In this document: piece after piece, positions 19,124 through 29,121 of the stretch
Numbering within the stretch: the first letter of the stretch is position 1
How the letters are laid out: each line of letters begins with the position of its first letter
NCBI GenBank assembly: GCA_020048915.1
Contig: JAIFLU010000027.1
Span: 7,614-71,613, forward strand
Direction: 5' to 3'
DNA from: Bacteroidota bacterium
GTDB taxonomy: Bacteria > Bacteroidota > Bacteroidia > Bacteroidales > JAAUTT01
Length of the DNA stretch: 64,000 bases
Notes under the pieces: generated by a model
Database searches by the model: none
Told to the model about the DNA's origin: nothing
Seen by the model: only the letters and a program-made list of their open reading frames with translations
Made by a program: the position numbers and the translations under genes

Positions 19124-20728
19124 ATGAAAACGATATTTAATAAATATGTAGTTATTATACTCGGGACTCTTTTTCTGGCTGGTTGCGGAGAAGATTGGCT
19201 CGGAGCACCGCGTCTGGAAACAGATGCTCCCTTAAATGGAACTGCCGAAAGTGTTTCAGGCTGCGATGCCCTTTTAACCGGAGCCATGGCATCGGTTGTT
19301 CACGACTTTGTTTGGACAGGTTACATGCAGGTTTTAGGAGAATTGTTAGGAGATAATATCGCTCCAACTTCGAATATGACTTTCTCGAATGTTTTAAATA
19401 CATATGAGGCGGTTTATCGTCGCGATTTATTTGAAGATACATGGGGAATTGGTGGCAGGTTTACCCAATATGCCGGTGGAGCAGTGGCTATGAGCAACAT
19501 GGTTATAGATGCCTGTCGAAAGGATCTACCGGCTTCGGATATACGATACAGCACACAAAAAAACAGATTATTGGGCGAAGCGCTTTTTATCCGTTCATTT
19601 ATTCAGTTTCAGCAACTTCGTATTTACAACCGGCAATGGGATATGAATACCGCCAACAATTATGAACGTGGCGCAATTCTTCGCGATAAACCTATTTATG
19701 GTACCGACGATATTGCAAAAAGGCCATCGTCTACCGAAGAAGGATATGCCATGGTTATTGAAGCGCTCGAAGAGGCTGTAACTTTGTTACCTGACTATTA
19801 TGAAAGCAATAAACATCCTGTAAATTTCCGGTCAAGAGGAAATAAATTTGCCGCTTTGGGATTGCTGGCCAGAGTTTATTTTCAGAAAAACGATTTTGAT
19901 AACTGCTTACGGGTAATCAATGAATGTATTGGAAGTACTCCCGGAGCTCCTACTTTCCCTTTGGAAACTACCATTGATAATTTATGGAATCGGGTAGGAT
20001 ATACCACCAGCACCAATTCAGCCACTAAAAGCGAGGTGATTTTTGAAAATGTTCAGTTAGCTCCCCTTCTCAGAAATAAAACCGGAGCCACTTTAGATGG
20101 CTTGTTTATTAAGCAGTTGAAAGATGTTCAGGTGAAGCTGAGTAATTCCTTTAAGGATTCTGCAAATTTTGACCTTGCTGACAACCGTTTTCTGAAACAA
20201 ATAAAAATATACAAGGCAGGTAAAAATACCGATGATCAGTTACAGACCACATTTACTACCTATAACGATGCCAAGGCATTAGACTGGTGTGTTCGCAAGT
20301 ATACTACTTCGGCAACCGGAGTAAATGTATCCTACATACGCTCTGCCGAACTAATGCTTATGCGTGCTGAAATTAATGCCTGGAATGGAAATGTTGCTGA
20401 TGCAGCAGCAGACATTAATGAAATTCGCAAAAAACATGGAGGAGCTACAGTAACCCTAATGGATGCCTCTTTAAACAAAAATGCTGCTTTAAAAGAAGTG
20501 TTTCAGGAACGTATTCGGGAAATGTTTGGTGAAGGCGACCGCGGATGGAACTTATTACGACTCGGTTCTTATACCAACGGTGCTTTTAAACTATGGAAAG
20601 GTGACCGCGATATTTCGAAAAACCATTGTTACAACAATGTCGAAAATGTTGAATGGAACTCTACTGCATTGCGCTATCCTTGGCAAACCAGCGAAGCAAA
20701 CAAAAATCCTTTGTGGAACCAGTACTAA
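19124..20728 (+). CDS. susD: SusD/RagB-family outer-membrane glycan-binding lipoprotein
   Basis: Lipobox LFLAGC. Lies immediately downstream of susC-like (18-nt gap). TPR-like helical sequence with SYIRSAELMLMRAE and ERIREMFGEGDRGWNLLR, typical of SusD. Confidence 0.9.
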   Translation: MKTIFNKYVVIILGTLFLAGCGEDWLGAPRLETDAPLNGTAESVSGCDALLTGAMASVVHDFVWTGYMQVLGELLGDNIAPTSNMTFSNVLNTYEAVYRRDLFEDTWGIGGRFTQYAGGAVAMSNMVIDACRKDLPASDIRYSTQKNRLLGEALFIRSFIQFQQLRIYNRQWDMNTANNYERGAILRDKPIYGTDDIAKRPSSTEEGYAMVIEALEEAVTLLPDYYESNKHPVNFRSRGNKFAALGLLARVYFQKNDFDNCLRVINECIGSTPGAPTFPLETTIDNLWNRVGYTTSTNSATKSEVIFENVQLAPLLRNKTGATLDGLFIKQLKDVQVKLSNSFKDSANFDLADNRFLKQIKIYKAGKNTDDQLQTTFTTYNDAKALDWCVRKYTTSATGVNVSYIRSAELMLMRAEINAWNGNVADAAADINEIRKKHGGATVTLMDASLNKNAALKEVFQERIREMFGEGDRGWNLLRLGSYTNGAFKLWKGDRDISKNHCYNNVENVEWNSTALRYPWQTSEANKNPLWNQY

Positions 20729-20746
20729 TTTTTAAATTGATTAATT

Positions 20747-21442
20747 ATGAAGCTATATATTTCACTTTTATCAGCATTATTCCTGATTTTGCTGGGAAGT
20801 TGCCAAAAAGATGAACTTCCTAAAACAGGAACGAACGAATCTCTCAATACCCAACTGGTAGGTACCTGGAAACCGGTAACACACCAACTCGATTTCTGGA
20901 AATTAAATGAAAGTATTGTTCAACGAGGTTATGACACCACACTGGTTTACGAGAATGATTCCATCAATGGTTATTGGGCATATTATAATGCAGTGCCATG
21001 CGATACGTTGAATATAAATGCAGATGGTACATGGACTATAAATAACCGCAGGAAAGTGGATGCTAATTCCGGGAAGGATTTGAGAGTTGTTGACACCACA
21101 AAAACAGTTTCCGGTGCTAAAACTACACTGCTTATTAAATCTCGTTCCTGGTCAGTAACTGAAATAACCAGTAAGGGAAGCAGCGATTATGGAAAGGCTA
21201 GTCCATATATTAAGTTAGGCACTAAAAATGTTCAGATTATAAAAGAAACGGGTAAAGACGATTTAACTACTTCGTGGTGGACATATGGCAAAGTATTTAC
21301 CATAAATACGATTGAACAGGGACAATTGGTAGTTGGTTATCAAGCACAGATGAGTGTGTCGTATCGCCCCGGAGTTTTACCCGGATTACCGCCTCAAAAA
21401 ACAAATCGTTATGTAACAAACACTGTTACGTTTACAAAATAA
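20747..21442 (+). CDS. Hypothetical surface lipoprotein (position of a SusE/F-like or SGBP accessory protein)
   Basis: Lipobox ILLGSC. Lies directly after susD-like. Confidence 0.6.
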   Translation: MKLYISLLSALFLILLGSCQKDELPKTGTNESLNTQLVGTWKPVTHQLDFWKLNESIVQRGYDTTLVYENDSINGYWAYYNAVPCDTLNINADGTWTINNRRKVDANSGKDLRVVDTTKTVSGAKTTLLIKSRSWSVTEITSKGSSDYGKASPYIKLGTKNVQIIKETGKDDLTTSWWTYGKVFTINTIEQGQLVVGYQAQMSVSYRPGVLPGLPPQKTNRYVTNTVTFTK

Positions 21443-21463
21443 CCATACCATGCTTTCAATTAT

Positions 21464-21497
21464 AAACACATCCGGTAATTGTAATCCGGATGTGTTT
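21464..21497 (+). terminator. Hairpin after the lipoprotein gene (terminator or processing site)
   Basis: 12-bp perfect stem AAACACATCCGG / CCGGATGTGTTT with a 10-nt loop. The stem ends in TTT. Confidence 0.5.
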
Positions 21498-21611
21498 AAT
21501 GCTACAAAACATTAAGCCAGCCTTGCAGAGTACCATCAAAGATTCATTTTTCCGTTGGCTGTGGAGTTGATTTTATCGCTCGATTAGTCTTTATTATACC
21601 ATTATAAAAAC

Positions 21612-22757
21612 ATGTTAGACAGATCATGCATATTATTTATTGCTTTTCTAATACTTACAAACCTACAGTATATTTTATCGCAATCAAGTATTGGATCGGC
21701 TAATTGTAAGCCCGATACTTCACGCTACGATCCTCGCGTCACTATGAGTGAATGGGCAAAAGCTGGTGTTGAAGGAGGAATTCCAAAACCTGAACTGGTT
21801 AAGATTAAAGCCAGACTCGCTCCGGGCGATGACCTTCAGGATGCAATAAACTCAGTTGCGAAATCAGGAGGGGGGGTATTATTATTATCGAAAGGAGAAT
21901 ATGAGATTTTTTCAACAATAACCCTGGAATCTGGCGTTACTCTTAGGGGGACAATAAAAGACTCTGTATTAATTAGTATAAAAATTCATGGGTATCACTT
22001 TTCGACTGGTAAACCGCGTCAAAGTGCACTTTTCATAAGTAATAAACATCACGTTGGTATCGAAAACCTAACTATAAAATATACAGGCACCTTCTTTGAA
22101 CCAAAAGACAAAGATGCTTTACAAACACCTTGGGATAAGGATGTATTTCATACTCCCGAACTTCGCGATACAACTCTTTTTGTGGAAAGTATCTGGTTTG
22201 AGAATTCCAAAAACTGCTGGGTGCGCAACTGCAACATTCTTTGGGCAGGCAGCGACCCTATCCGCATAACCAATTCGGAACATATTACCTGCACCGGTAA
22301 CTTTATCGATCGCAGCTACAATAAATGCGACGGTGGAATGGGATATTACAACATCATAAATTCAAAGTATGTGCTTGTTTATTACGAACATATAAAACGC
22401 ATCCGTCATTTTGCTATACAAAACGGTAGCATGTACAATGTGGTTATGAATAACTACCTGGAGGTGGACATCAATTTTCACGATGGTGATGGTGGTTATA
22501 ACCTCATTGAACAAAACACCATCCACATACCTCAATGGCATAGCTGGCATTGTTTTCAGCGGGGCGATCCCCGGCAGCATCAGGTACCGGGAAAATTTAA
22601 TATACTCTTCCGAAATGTTGCTCATTACAAAAACGGCTCATTCGAATTCTCTAATCCTGACGCCGTTTACGAAATAAATAGCACCTGGGGAGGAAAAAAT
22701 GCATTGGAAACAAATATTAGTATACCTGAAAGCAATACTTTCTATAAATTGGAATAA
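21612..22757 (+). CDS. Secreted right-handed parallel beta-helix (pectin-lyase-fold) protein
   Basis: Signal peptide. AINSVAKSGGGVLLLSKGEYEIFSTITLESGVTLRG is a typical beta-helix N-cap. Repeated N/I/C-rich coils are present (NCNILWAGSDPIRITNSEHITCTGNFI). Confidence 0.6.
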   Translation: MLDRSCILFIAFLILTNLQYILSQSSIGSANCKPDTSRYDPRVTMSEWAKAGVEGGIPKPELVKIKARLAPGDDLQDAINSVAKSGGGVLLLSKGEYEIFSTITLESGVTLRGTIKDSVLISIKIHGYHFSTGKPRQSALFISNKHHVGIENLTIKYTGTFFEPKDKDALQTPWDKDVFHTPELRDTTLFVESIWFENSKNCWVRNCNILWAGSDPIRITNSEHITCTGNFIDRSYNKCDGGMGYYNIINSKYVLVYYEHIKRIRHFAIQNGSMYNVVMNNYLEVDINFHDGDGGYNLIEQNTIHIPQWHSWHCFQRGDPRQHQVPGKFNILFRNVAHYKNGSFEFSNPDAVYEINSTWGGKNALETNISIPESNTFYKLE

Positions 22758-22852
22758 ATTCTAAAATAGGGCAATTCAAAATCTAATAAACTGCACATTA
22801 TTAACCGATTTACTCTGGTCATAGAAAAAGTAGAACCTAAATAACCCAAGAT

Positions 22853-24586
22853 ATGAGAAGTTTATTCGCAATTTTTATATTGATTTTCATTTCAACAACG
22901 GCAGAAACTCAGGACCTCAGCTCTATAAAGTTCGATCCCGGCCAGATAAAAGGAACAGAAGGATTCTTCCGTGTAGGCAAATCGACTGAAGGACAATGGT
23001 GGTTTCTGGATGCTGAAAATAAACCTTTTTTTTACCGCGGAATCTGCGCAGTGAATCGTGCCGGAACTGCCGGCGGACGTCGTGCTAATCCTGGCCCTTA
23101 TGCGCCCACAATCGATAAAAAATATAATTATCAGGCAAGTCCCGATGCATTTGTAAAAGCTTGCAGCGACAAGCTTCACCAGTTAAACTTTAATGCCTGG
23201 GGCGCTTGGGCAACCGAGGAATTCTTCAATAAAGATGTGCCTTTTACTGAAATCATCGAGTTTTTCAAGGAAGGGCCATTTCTGCCATCGGTAAACGGCA
23301 AACAGGGGCTGCCCGATATCTTCCATCCCGACTGGCTGGTGGCAGCCGATAAAAAAACAAGGGCATTGTGTTTTCCTTTGCGCAACTCTAAGCTGCTCAT
23401 TGGTTATTTTACCGATAACGAAATTGGCTTTGGCAAAACCGACGATTTTGGCCTCGACCTTGGCTTTACTGCCGGTCAGTTCGACTTTGCACTACTCCGG
23501 CTTCTTATGGGAATGAATGCTGGAGAACCGGCTGCCGATTTTGCCTGGAATTTTCTGTTAAATCGTTATCACAATTCATTTACAGAATTATCCGATGCCT
23601 GGAAGGTTCAAATCGGGTCAAAGGACGATATCAGAAAACTGAACGAATCGAAAACAGCTATTACAGGGAAAGCATTCAACAGCGATGCTCAGGCTTTTGT
23701 AGAACGTTATGCGCAACGATATTTTGAACTTGCCCATAAGCTAATACGCCGCTACGATCCCAACCACCTCATTCTTGGCTGCCGTTTTGGTACTCCTCCG
23801 CCAACCTATGTGCTTAATGCCATTAAACCATGGACTGATGTTATCTCCGGAAATAATTACCAGCCCATACTTTATGAGCGCTACGACACTGTTTATCAAT
23901 ATACAGGGATGCCAATCCTCATTGGCGAATTCAGCTGGAACACCGACCTTTATAAAAAAGTACCCCTGGCCTCTGAAGCAAATAACCCATTAAGTATGAA
24001 AAACAGAATGTTCGAGCGAGGCAAGACAACCCTGTTGCGCACCGCTCTGCATCCTGGAATTGTGGGTTACACTTGGTACCGTTGGGTTCAGGGCACCTGC
24101 ACCGAAAGAAAATTTTATGATGGCATCGTGAACTACGGCGATAGTCTTGAAATGCATTCGGCTGAGCTTCAGCAACTCAATCCGGCACTCGAAAGAGCAA
24201 GGATTAAAGCTGCCACATACCGATGGGAAGGCCTGCCTGCTGTGAACGGTGAATTCACGCTCTTTTTTGAACATCTGCGACCGGAGTGGAATCAATTTCT
24301 CCGGTTTACAATTGTGGACAGCAAACCTGCAGGTACCCTCAATGGATGGAAAATGAACGGAAAAGTTCTGAAGTATTCCAATAAAAAGGACGTATTTACC
24401 ATTAAAATTGAAGTGAATTTTGATGATGCTTCGGCGGTGAACAAAATATATGAAGGCGGAAAAGGAATATACGATCTTACATTGACCCGCAAAGGCGAGA
24501 AGTTTTATGGTTCCTTTAAAGGTACTTACAACGGCAAACCAGTTTCGGGAAAGACCAAAGCCTTCTTTTTCCCGGAATTAAAATAA
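22853..24586 (+). CDS. Secreted putative clan GH-A (TIM-barrel) glycoside hydrolase, family unassigned
   Basis: Signal peptide. EGQWWFLDAENKPFFYRGI entry motif. Candidate acid/base in IGYFTDNEIGF and candidate nucleophile in ILIGEFSWN. Confidence 0.5.
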   Translation: MRSLFAIFILIFISTTAETQDLSSIKFDPGQIKGTEGFFRVGKSTEGQWWFLDAENKPFFYRGICAVNRAGTAGGRRANPGPYAPTIDKKYNYQASPDAFVKACSDKLHQLNFNAWGAWATEEFFNKDVPFTEIIEFFKEGPFLPSVNGKQGLPDIFHPDWLVAADKKTRALCFPLRNSKLLIGYFTDNEIGFGKTDDFGLDLGFTAGQFDFALLRLLMGMNAGEPAADFAWNFLLNRYHNSFTELSDAWKVQIGSKDDIRKLNESKTAITGKAFNSDAQAFVERYAQRYFELAHKLIRRYDPNHLILGCRFGTPPPTYVLNAIKPWTDVISGNNYQPILYERYDTVYQYTGMPILIGEFSWNTDLYKKVPLASEANNPLSMKNRMFERGKTTLLRTALHPGIVGYTWYRWVQGTCTERKFYDGIVNYGDSLEMHSAELQQLNPALERARIKAATYRWEGLPAVNGEFTLFFEHLRPEWNQFLRFTIVDSKPAGTLNGWKMNGKVLKYSNKKDVFTIKIEVNFDDASAVNKIYEGGKGIYDLTLTRKGEKFYGSFKGTYNGKPVSGKTKAFFFPELK

Positions 24587-24604
24587 GGAAAGGGAAATGG
24601 AGGA

Positions 24605-24744
24605 CCTCACCCCCAACCCCTCTCCTGAAATTGAGGGGAGTGAATTCCGGTTAATTATTGAATGTTTTGTTTAATTGTTCAACGAAGTTCAAAGTCCCTC
24701 TCCTCAAAGGAGAGGGTCCCGAAAGCTTTCGGGATAGGGTGAGG
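24605..24744. repeat. Nested-palindrome intergenic repeat, copy A (CCTCACCC...CCCTCTCC-loop-GGAGAGGG...GGGTGAGG)
   Basis: Shares ACCTCACCCCnnCCCCTCTCCTG, CCGGTAAT, AACGAAG, CAAAGTCCCTCTCCT, AGGAGAGGG and TAGGGTGAGGT, in the same order, with the copy at 39720-39835. It also carries an extra hairpin, TCCCGAAAGCTTTCGGGA. Confidence 0.85.
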
Positions 24745-24783
24745 TTTTCAGGGTATATCAATTTAATGTCAACAACACCACCA

Positions 24784-26646
24784 ATGAAAAAAATTTTACT
24801 CTTTATTTTAAGTATAATTGCTGCCATAGGCCTATTTGCTCAAAACGCAGATACCATTTTCAAACATCCACGAGGTATTATCAACATAAGCACTCAGCAG
24901 AAAATGCGTGAACGGGTGCAGCGCGAGCCTTATAAATCGCTTCTTTCAGAATTCGAAAAGAAAACCCTCGAAAATGTAGGCAACGATAAACGGATAATCA
25001 CCCGTGCAACCGCCTATGGTATTCTTCAGAACATGCTCGACCTGGCCTTTCTGCACACCATGACCGCGCAACAAACCTATGCCGACCAGGCTTTTGGTTA
25101 TATTGACCAATGTACGTCTGATTCCGGTTTCTGGCAAAATCCTATGTCTTTCGGCTTATCTCGTGCCCGTTTTCTGCGCAACTGCGCCATTGTGTACGAC
25201 CTTTGTTTCAATGCCTGGAATACGGCACAGCGGCAAAAAATCAGCCAACGGTTGATCGATTGCGCTTTTTCCATCAACTCCACTTTTGGTTTCGATGCCA
25301 ACTATGCCCAGGAAAGCAACTGGATGGGAGTGCGTTACGGGGCAATTTTTCTGGCCACAATTGTAGCCGATGATTATTCCTCAATCGGCGGTCGCCGTTC
25401 TCCTGTAAACGCCCTTAACTGGGATTCGAGGGAACGATTGCGCGACCACATCCGGGTAAACATCAGCCCAAATGGCTGGAGTGCCGAGAGTCTCGGGTAT
25501 CACTTTTTTGCCTGGTCGTTTATAACCCCGGCCATAGCAGCGTTCCAGAATAATCTTCCGGGAAACAATGCCACAAAAATTGAAAACTATGCACCTCATG
25601 CGCTGAATTCCTTTTTGGCGCTTACTTCTTCCATTGTAAACATAACGGGAGCCAATGGCAAAGGAGTAAAAGCCGACCTGTCCGACGATAACCTGGGAAT
25701 CAGTCCCGATTTATTCCTGCAGGTAATTCCCATATACCCTGCCAGTCAGTTACCTGTAATAAAATGGATGGTTGATTATCTGAAAGATGAAAATCTTGTG
25801 AATTCCATTTTCTACTATGCAGCCTATTATCCCGAAGATGTCCAGTCGGAAAATCCTGCCAGCTGCGGCTTACTAAACTATATTGAGCCTGCACAGGGAG
25901 CTGTTGTTTTTCGTAACCGGTTTCAGGACGAGAACGATATTGTAGCCACCTTTACCACCACCAGCAAACGGGTAAGGGCGCATCAATCGGGCGATAACCT
26001 TACTTTCCGGATTTTGGGTCTGGATAATATCTGGGTAATTGGAGCAGGAAGAACAGGTCAGTTTGCCGGCCAAACCAACCTTTTTCCTTTCGACACCATT
26101 TCCAAAAAGGGAAATTATATCTCCGGCTCGTTAGGAAAATTGCTCGATTACAAATTTCTTCCCGATGGATCCGGCTTTGCCAAAGGAACAGGGAGCTGCA
26201 TGGGCGTTGAGGACCATATCCGGTATTTTTGGGCCGATTACAACAAAAAATCGGGTGCTGAAGCTGTTTTTGTGATAAAAGACCAATCGAAAAACGGTAA
26301 AACCTGGCGGATGAACACACCTGAATTCAACAAGGTCGAAAGCACTGCGGATGGTTTTATAATCACAGCCCCAAATGGAGCAACACTTAAAGCTACCATA
26401 ATCAACGGAGATGCCAGTAAAACCATTTCAACAACAACGCTGAGATATGGGGGAGATACCCGCGATAATGTTGCAGGCATTGGCTTTAAAGGTAAATATT
26501 ACGCAAACACAACGGCCATCGACTGCAAATGCATCGGAAACATCATGGTGGTAGTTACACTTCAGCCTGCGGGTAAACAGCACCCTGCCGTTGTTTACCG
26601 AAATAAGAAACTGTCGGTTGGCAGTGTTGAAATCATCAAAGAATAA
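24784..26646 (+). CDS. Secreted protein, possibly a heparinase II/III-like / alginate-lyase-like polysaccharide lyase
   Basis: The real start is probably MKKILLFILSIIAAIGLFAQ at 24784, because the ORF-track start at 24658 reads through the repeat element. HPRGIINISTQQKMRERVQREPY resembles the N-termini of toroid-type lyases. Assignment is tentative. Confidence 0.45.
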   Translation: MKKILLFILSIIAAIGLFAQNADTIFKHPRGIINISTQQKMRERVQREPYKSLLSEFEKKTLENVGNDKRIITRATAYGILQNMLDLAFLHTMTAQQTYADQAFGYIDQCTSDSGFWQNPMSFGLSRARFLRNCAIVYDLCFNAWNTAQRQKISQRLIDCAFSINSTFGFDANYAQESNWMGVRYGAIFLATIVADDYSSIGGRRSPVNALNWDSRERLRDHIRVNISPNGWSAESLGYHFFAWSFITPAIAAFQNNLPGNNATKIENYAPHALNSFLALTSSIVNITGANGKGVKADLSDDNLGISPDLFLQVIPIYPASQLPVIKWMVDYLKDENLVNSIFYYAAYYPEDVQSENPASCGLLNYIEPAQGAVVFRNRFQDENDIVATFTTTSKRVRAHQSGDNLTFRILGLDNIWVIGAGRTGQFAGQTNLFPFDTISKKGNYISGSLGKLLDYKFLPDGSGFAKGTGSCMGVEDHIRYFWADYNKKSGAEAVFVIKDQSKNGKTWRMNTPEFNKVESTADGFIITAPNGATLKATIINGDASKTISTTTLRYGGDTRDNVAGIGFKGKYYANTTAIDCKCIGNIMVVVTLQPAGKQHPAVVYRNKKLSVGSVEIIKE

Positions 26647-26653
26647 CTTCAAA

Positions 26654-26860
26654 ATGAGAAAGATACTACTGCTTTTAACTTTACTCTTTGCTTGTTCTGC
26701 TTTGTTTTCGCAAGTCTGGACTTACCGGACAGGTCCCGATACGCTGAAAAACAGATCGTATTATGCTTACCTGTGGATTCCGGAAACTGCAGCCAAAGGC
26801 ATCAGAGGGTTGATACTTGCCCCGCAAATCTCCGCCGAATGGCAGTTTATTAAATACTGA
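26654..26860 (+). CDS. 68-aa signal-peptide ORF, possibly a remnant of a truncated gene
   Basis: MRKILLLLTLLFACSALFSQ followed by only 48 residues. Squeezed between two enzyme genes. Confidence 0.3.
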   Translation: MRKILLLLTLLFACSALFSQVWTYRTGPDTLKNRSYYAYLWIPETAAKGIRGLILAPQISAEWQFIKY

Positions 26861-26885
26861 AACCGTACTCTTACACATTAGTTAT

Positions 26886-29111
26886 ATGAAAAAATTGTTT
26901 ACTATCCTGCTTCTAAGCTTCATAATTGGAAATTCCAATGCGCAGCCATGGTCGGATAAAACTTATCCCGATGAAAATGGGTATCAACAACGCATCAAGG
27001 GGGTGTTGCCCAAAATTGCAGCCAAAGGATTTGGAATTCGTAGCCTGGCCGTTTCGAAATGTCCCGATACTGGTTTGCCTGTAAGGGTGTGGGCTGTGGA
27101 AGGCGACGATATTATTTCCCCTTATACCGGACGTAAATACAAACAAGGCTCTACCGATTATTTCGGACCGAAAGCGAGGAACGAAAAGGGCGAAATCTCC
27201 GCTTTTGGAGGCGATCCGCTGAAATACGATCTGCCACCGGCTACTGCAACGTTGCTGCTCAATCCCGAAAATGCAGCAGCCAGGGCATTCCTGAGTATAC
27301 CGGGAAACCTGCGGCAGCAATACCATTTTGCCTGTAAAAACTGGGCCAGGTTTTATCCGCTATTAGCTGATCAAATGAGCGAACAATGGAGATCGGATTT
27401 CTGGAGCCATGTGGCCTCGTATGCCGAAGGCAGAAGGCCCTCGGATGGACCAAGTCGCGAATGGCTTACATTAACAAACAAGCATAACCTGGTGGGACAA
27501 CCCGGTCAGCTCCTGGGTGGCAACCCGCTCGACGGAGGCACCGAAAACCACAAAACCATGTGGCGAACCAGCGGTTTGCTGTATTCGCAGATTTTACCCG
27601 ACACATGCCGGGTTTCAGGCTATCCGGCCAAAGAAGCCGAAAAACTCACCAAAGACATGATCCGTGATTACCTGAAAAGACTCCTCCTTACCGGAAATGG
27701 CGAATATGACTCTCAGATTTACTACCCGCACAGCATCGAAGGTTTTTTGAATCTCTACGACTTCTCACCCGATGAAGAAACTCGCCTTCTTGCCAAATTC
27801 GCACTCGATTATTATTTTGTCACCTACGGTTTGAAAGTTATCGACGGAACCATTGCTGGTGCCCAGAAAAGAGGTTACCTGGCCAATGGCATTGCCGGTG
27901 AAATGGAAACAATGCTTTGGGCCTATTTCAATAACACTTCGCGCGATATGAGCCGGGAAGTTCTCACCATTCAGCAGGCGACTACCAAATACCGGCCAAA
28001 TCAGGTAATTTACAATATCGCCAATAAAAATATTGCACTTCCTTTCGAAGCCCGTATGAGTCGTCCTTTTTACCATATGGACTATCCGCATGCTTTTGCC
28101 GAAACCTTTTATTGCAGCAATTCCTATGCGATGGGAAATATCCAGATGACCATTGTGGATAATCCTAACCAGCAGATGGTATGGTCGGTGGTTACCCGTG
28201 GGAAAGAAATGCCTTACTGTTTCAGCGGCGGACATCCGATGCGGGGCAGCACCTCCGGACACAGTCCTTATAATCAGACATTGCAGTCGAAAGGCACGCT
28301 TATTCTGCTTACAGCACCAACTCTAATTCCGGCACAACCCGACACTTCTATTGCCCCAACCTATTCAAAAGCTAAACGCGATAACTTGTGGCTTTTACCA
28401 AAAGAGGAGCAGGGAGATAACTTTGAGTTCAAAAACCGCATGAAATATGCTTCGAAAGAGCTGACCAGAATAAATCCTCCTGCTGATAATTCGCCCGCTG
28501 AAATAGAACGCTTCTGGAACGAAAGCAAAGGATCGGCAACTTCCTGGTTTTATTACCCAAAAAACTTGAGTCCTGTGGAGAAGGATGGCATTTTCTTTCT
28601 GGAAACAGAAACCATGCTTATGGCAGTGGTGCCTATATCTAAAGGAGGTTTTGTATGGGCTCCCAAAATTGCTAAAAATGGGAACTCCGAGTGGCACAAA
28701 TTTTTTAAAGATTATAGTATAATCGCATTTCCCGGAGAAGTTTCTGGATATGTGGTAGAAACGGCTGAAAAGTCTTCCTACGGAAGCATTGACAATTTTT
28801 GTCAGGCACTTCTCAGAAAGACAAACCTCGATCTTTCAAAGCTTTCGCAGGATAAGGAAATAATTTATACCAGTCTTTATGGCGAGAAGCTTAGGATGGT
28901 ATATAATCCTAATGGCCTGAGTTGTTCGGCCTGGATCAACGGTAAAAAGCAGGATTGGACTAATCACACCAACGGAGCCGTTTACGACAGCCCTTTTCTT
29001 AAAGTGAAAAACGGAATGATGAAAGTCTCGGATGGCAAAAACGCCTATGAGATAGATTTCCGTAAAGAGAAGCCCGATTTTAAAGTGTTAACCTCTCCCG
29101 TTTTAAAATAA
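26886..29111 (+). CDS. Secreted hypothetical protein of the PUL, family not recognised
   Basis: Start chosen at MKKLFTILLLSFIIGNSNAQ (26886) rather than the ORF-track start at 26817. 741 aa, no motif that I can assign. Confidence 0.6.
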   Translation: MKKLFTILLLSFIIGNSNAQPWSDKTYPDENGYQQRIKGVLPKIAAKGFGIRSLAVSKCPDTGLPVRVWAVEGDDIISPYTGRKYKQGSTDYFGPKARNEKGEISAFGGDPLKYDLPPATATLLLNPENAAARAFLSIPGNLRQQYHFACKNWARFYPLLADQMSEQWRSDFWSHVASYAEGRRPSDGPSREWLTLTNKHNLVGQPGQLLGGNPLDGGTENHKTMWRTSGLLYSQILPDTCRVSGYPAKEAEKLTKDMIRDYLKRLLLTGNGEYDSQIYYPHSIEGFLNLYDFSPDEETRLLAKFALDYYFVTYGLKVIDGTIAGAQKRGYLANGIAGEMETMLWAYFNNTSRDMSREVLTIQQATTKYRPNQVIYNIANKNIALPFEARMSRPFYHMDYPHAFAETFYCSNSYAMGNIQMTIVDNPNQQMVWSVVTRGKEMPYCFSGGHPMRGSTSGHSPYNQTLQSKGTLILLTAPTLIPAQPDTSIAPTYSKAKRDNLWLLPKEEQGDNFEFKNRMKYASKELTRINPPADNSPAEIERFWNESKGSATSWFYYPKNLSPVEKDGIFFLETETMLMAVVPISKGGFVWAPKIAKNGNSEWHKFFKDYSIIAFPGEVSGYVVETAEKSSYGSIDNFCQALLRKTNLDLSKLSQDKEIIYTSLYGEKLRMVYNPNGLSCSAWINGKKQDWTNHTNGAVYDSPFLKVKNGMMKVSDGKNAYEIDFRKEKPDFKVLTSPVLK

Positions 29112-29121
29112 TAACTAGTGT

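Noticed and set aside
24658-24783. N-terminal 42 codons of the ORF-track protein 24658-26646 (MNVLFNCSTKFKVPLLKGEGPESFRDRVRFSG...)
   Set aside because: This stretch is a read-through of the palindromic intergenic repeat. A proper signal peptide (MKKILLFILSIIAAIGLFAQ) starts at 24784.
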